NCBI GenBank assembly: GCA_963667565.1
Contig: OY763415.1
Location: forward strand, 288,001-352,000
Direction of reading: 5' to 3'
Length of the DNA stretch: 64,000 bases
DNA from: Acholeplasmataceae bacterium
GTDB taxonomy: Bacteria; Bacillota_I; Bacilli_A; Acholeplasmatales; Acholeplasmataceae
The notes below the pieces were generated by a model, which was given only the letters and a program-made list of their open reading frames with translations, was not told the DNA's origin and searched no databases. Below are positions 61,704 to 64,000 of this stretch, in pieces. The translations under genes and the position numbers were made by a program. Within the stretch, counting starts at the first letter, position 1. Every line of letters starts with the position of its first letter.

Positions 61704-62239
61704 TGGCATTTTTTAAAAAATTTATTCCAACATATTTTGTTCCAAAAATTGAAGACATTGATTATGATAAACTAAAAGAACAAGGTGTGAAATCCTTGTT
61801 TTTTGACTTAGATAATACATTGATAGCCTATGATTGTGATATCATTTCAAATGAAACACTCAATCTATTAATAAAACTAGAAAAAACATTTGATGTTGTT
61901 GTCATCTCAAACAGTAACAAAGACAGAGTTATACCAGCAGTACATCATTTAAAATATGTTTATTTTGCAAAGAAACCAACAAAAATAGGTTTAAAAAAAG
62001 CACTAAATATTGTTGGAAAACAAAAAGATGAAGTCATTTTAATAGGTGATCAAATTATCACAGATATTTTTGGGGCTAACAGATTAGGTATAGCATCTAT
62101 CTTGGTTAAACCAATTAAAAAATCAAGTGACCGTAAGATTACAAAATTTAACAGAAAGATTGCAAATATGGTATTAAAAGGTGTCAAAAAGAGATATCCT
62201 AAAGCATATGAGGAGTTAATTAAACCTTATGAATCATGA
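61703..62239 (+). CDS. yqeG: YqeG family HAD IIIA phosphatase
   Basis: FDLDNTL, AKKP, IGDQIITDIFGANRLG. Confidence 0.92.
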   Translation: MAFFKKFIPTYFVPKIEDIDYDKLKEQGVKSLFFDLDNTLIAYDCDIISNETLNLLIKLEKTFDVVVISNSNKDRVIPAVHHLKYVYFAKKPTKIGLKKALNIVGKQKDEVILIGDQIITDIFGANRLGIASILVKPIKKSSDRKITKFNRKIANMVLKGVKKRYPKAYEELIKPYES

Positions 62240-63254
62240 TCAAGCGTGCAAGGGATGTGGCGCACCACTTCAATTAGATGATAAAACAAAAAGAGGATAT
62301 GCATTAAGCCTTGAACATGAATATTGTCAAGCATGTTATCGTCTTTATCACTATGGTGAAGCAAGCGATCATTTCCATCCTGAAGATTTACCTAAATTAA
62401 ATAAAGATGGTATCGCAGTGATGGTTTCATCCGTGATGGCACTTGATATGCTTTTTGAATATCCTGTGTATCGATATGAACCAAATATGACATTTGTTTA
62501 TGTCATTAATCAAATGGATCTATTACCAAAAAGTACAAATACATCATTAATGTTTGAACATATCATGAGAAAAGCAAAAATGAAACATATTCCATTTAAA
62601 GATATTATTTTCATGACTGCTAAAAATCCTTATGACATTGAACATTTAAAATCATATCTATTAAGTTTTAAAAAGAAAGATATTTATTTTATCGGTGTAC
62701 AAAATGCTGGGAAAACGACGCTTTTTAATGCGCTCACAGAGGGTAATAAAGCGCTAGCTATGAATAAAGCAGGATTAACACAAGAAGCGATTTCTGCACA
62801 ATTATCTGATAAAGTAACACTTTGGGATATGCCTGGTTTATATCAGGAGGGATATCTTCATCAATTTCTTCCTTATCAACAATATAAGAAATTATTGCCA
62901 AGTGTAGAGATGAAACCTAAAATTTTTCAAATGAGAAAAGATCAAACGATTTTTATTGAAGGGCTAATTGCAATAACTGCAATTGAACCCATGAATATGG
63001 TGGTCTACGGATCAAGACAATTAGCGTTTCATAAAACCAATGCATTAAAGATTGATGATTTACTTTCTAAAAAAGAGACTTTTTTTAAAGTTTATGCTGA
63101 AAAATATGAAAAAAGAGTATTTAAATTGAATAAGGGTAAACAACAATTGACGTGTGCAGATTTTAGTTTCATGCATTTTACAGATGTTTCTAAAATAGAA
63201 GTCACGTATCCTAAAGATATGCATATCACCATCAGTGAGGCACTATTTTTATGA
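62229..63254 (+). CDS. yqeH: YqeH-like circularly permuted GTPase (divergent)
   Basis: CKGCG...CQAC Zn finger, NQMD, GVQNAGKTT, DMPG; lies between yqeG and yqeK. Confidence 0.85.
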   Translation: MNHDQACKGCGAPLQLDDKTKRGYALSLEHEYCQACYRLYHYGEASDHFHPEDLPKLNKDGIAVMVSSVMALDMLFEYPVYRYEPNMTFVYVINQMDLLPKSTNTSLMFEHIMRKAKMKHIPFKDIIFMTAKNPYDIEHLKSYLLSFKKKDIYFIGVQNAGKTTLFNALTEGNKALAMNKAGLTQEAISAQLSDKVTLWDMPGLYQEGYLHQFLPYQQYKKLLPSVEMKPKIFQMRKDQTIFIEGLIAITAIEPMNMVVYGSRQLAFHKTNALKIDDLLSKKETFFKVYAEKYEKRVFKLNKGKQQLTCADFSFMHFTDVSKIEVTYPKDMHITISEALFL

Positions 63255-63826
63255 TCAAAGATAAAATCTTGTTAGCAAAAGAACAAGTTAATCTAAAATT
63301 AAAAGATCATCCAAAGCGTTTAGCACATGTTTATGGTGTTGCAGAAACAGCTGTTAAACTTGCAAACATTTATCAACTTGACGTTGATAAAATGATGATT
63401 GCTGGTCTTTATCATGATTATGCAAAATATGAAACGATTCGTCAACAGGAACTTACTGATCAAGAATATCAGATCGTATTATCATATCCAGTAATGTTTC
63501 ATGCTTTTTATGGAGCTTACTTGATGGAAAAAAATTTAGATATTCATGATCAAGAAATGATTGAAGCAATTAAATGTCATGTTTGGGGAAAACCAAAGAT
63601 GACACCATTTGAACAAATTCTTTTTATCAGTGATTATTGTGAACCCAATCGTGATTTCATAGATACAAAAGAGATTTTTGAAATGGCAACAAAAGATTTA
63701 GATCAAACAACAAAACATTGTATGGCCATTAGCATGAATGATTTATTAAACAGAGGCTTGGTTCCAAGTCCACTACAAATAGAAGCTTATCAGTATTACC
63801 TGGAGGAAACACATGGAAAAAATTAA
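63251..63826 (+). CDS. yqeK: YqeK HD-domain Ap4A hydrolase
   Basis: RLAHVYGV, LYHDYAK, FISDYCEPNR. Confidence 0.9.
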   Translation: MIKDKILLAKEQVNLKLKDHPKRLAHVYGVAETAVKLANIYQLDVDKMMIAGLYHDYAKYETIRQQELTDQEYQIVLSYPVMFHAFYGAYLMEKNLDIHDQEMIEAIKCHVWGKPKMTPFEQILFISDYCEPNRDFIDTKEIFEMATKDLDQTTKHCMAISMNDLLNRGLVPSPLQIEAYQYYLEETHGKN

Positions 63827-64000
63827 TCAAGTAATAAATGTATTAGAAGATTTAAAAGTTAGAGATTTAAAAGTGTATGATTTTGAGAAATCATCACCTT
63901 TTTATGATTACTTTGTGATTGCAACTGTCAATGAAAGACAAGGAAATGCTGCTGTAAATCACTTAAAACAAAAATTAACACTAGATGAGATCAAACATAT
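63813..64000 (+). CDS. rsfS: Ribosome silencing factor RsfS (3'-partial)
   Basis: GGAGG RBS; MEKINQVINVLEDLKVRDLKVYD...FYDYFVIAT.NERQ; follows yqeK; not in the ORF track. Confidence 0.88.
   Translation, partial: MEKINQVINVLEDLKVRDLKVYDFEKSSPFYDYFVIATVNERQGNAAVNHLKQKLTLDEIKH

Overview
Low-GC (roughly 30% by eye), gene-dense bacterial chromosome segment using genetic code 11 (TGA is a stop, Trp is TGG). Gene content and order point to a wall-less Acholeplasmatales/Izemoplasmatales-type mollicute; this is an inference. Most of the window is housekeeping: ptsI, glycine cleavage gcvT-H-PA-PB, gpmI/eno/class I aldolase, a complete acc-fab-birA fatty-acid operon, rnr-smpB, T-box/alaS-ruvX, trmR-trhP1-trhP2, greA-yqeG-yqeH-yqeK-rsfS, and an FMN riboswitch with ribU. 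The standout is an apparent single operon at 14920-21177: a ferric-reductase-like heme membrane protein, a 62-aa membrane protein, cydA, cydB, rnfD, rnfG, rnfE, rnfA and rnfB. Here cydAB sits where rnfC normally lies, CydA has lost almost all of its quinol-binding Q-loop, and RnfD has degenerate flavin motifs. Together these suggest a quinone-independent Rnf-to-cytochrome bd respiratory module (hypothesis). Two genes are interrupted in this sequence: an ABC permease by an in-frame TAA and rnfA by a frameshift. I saw no tRNA, rRNA, CRISPR array or mobile element.
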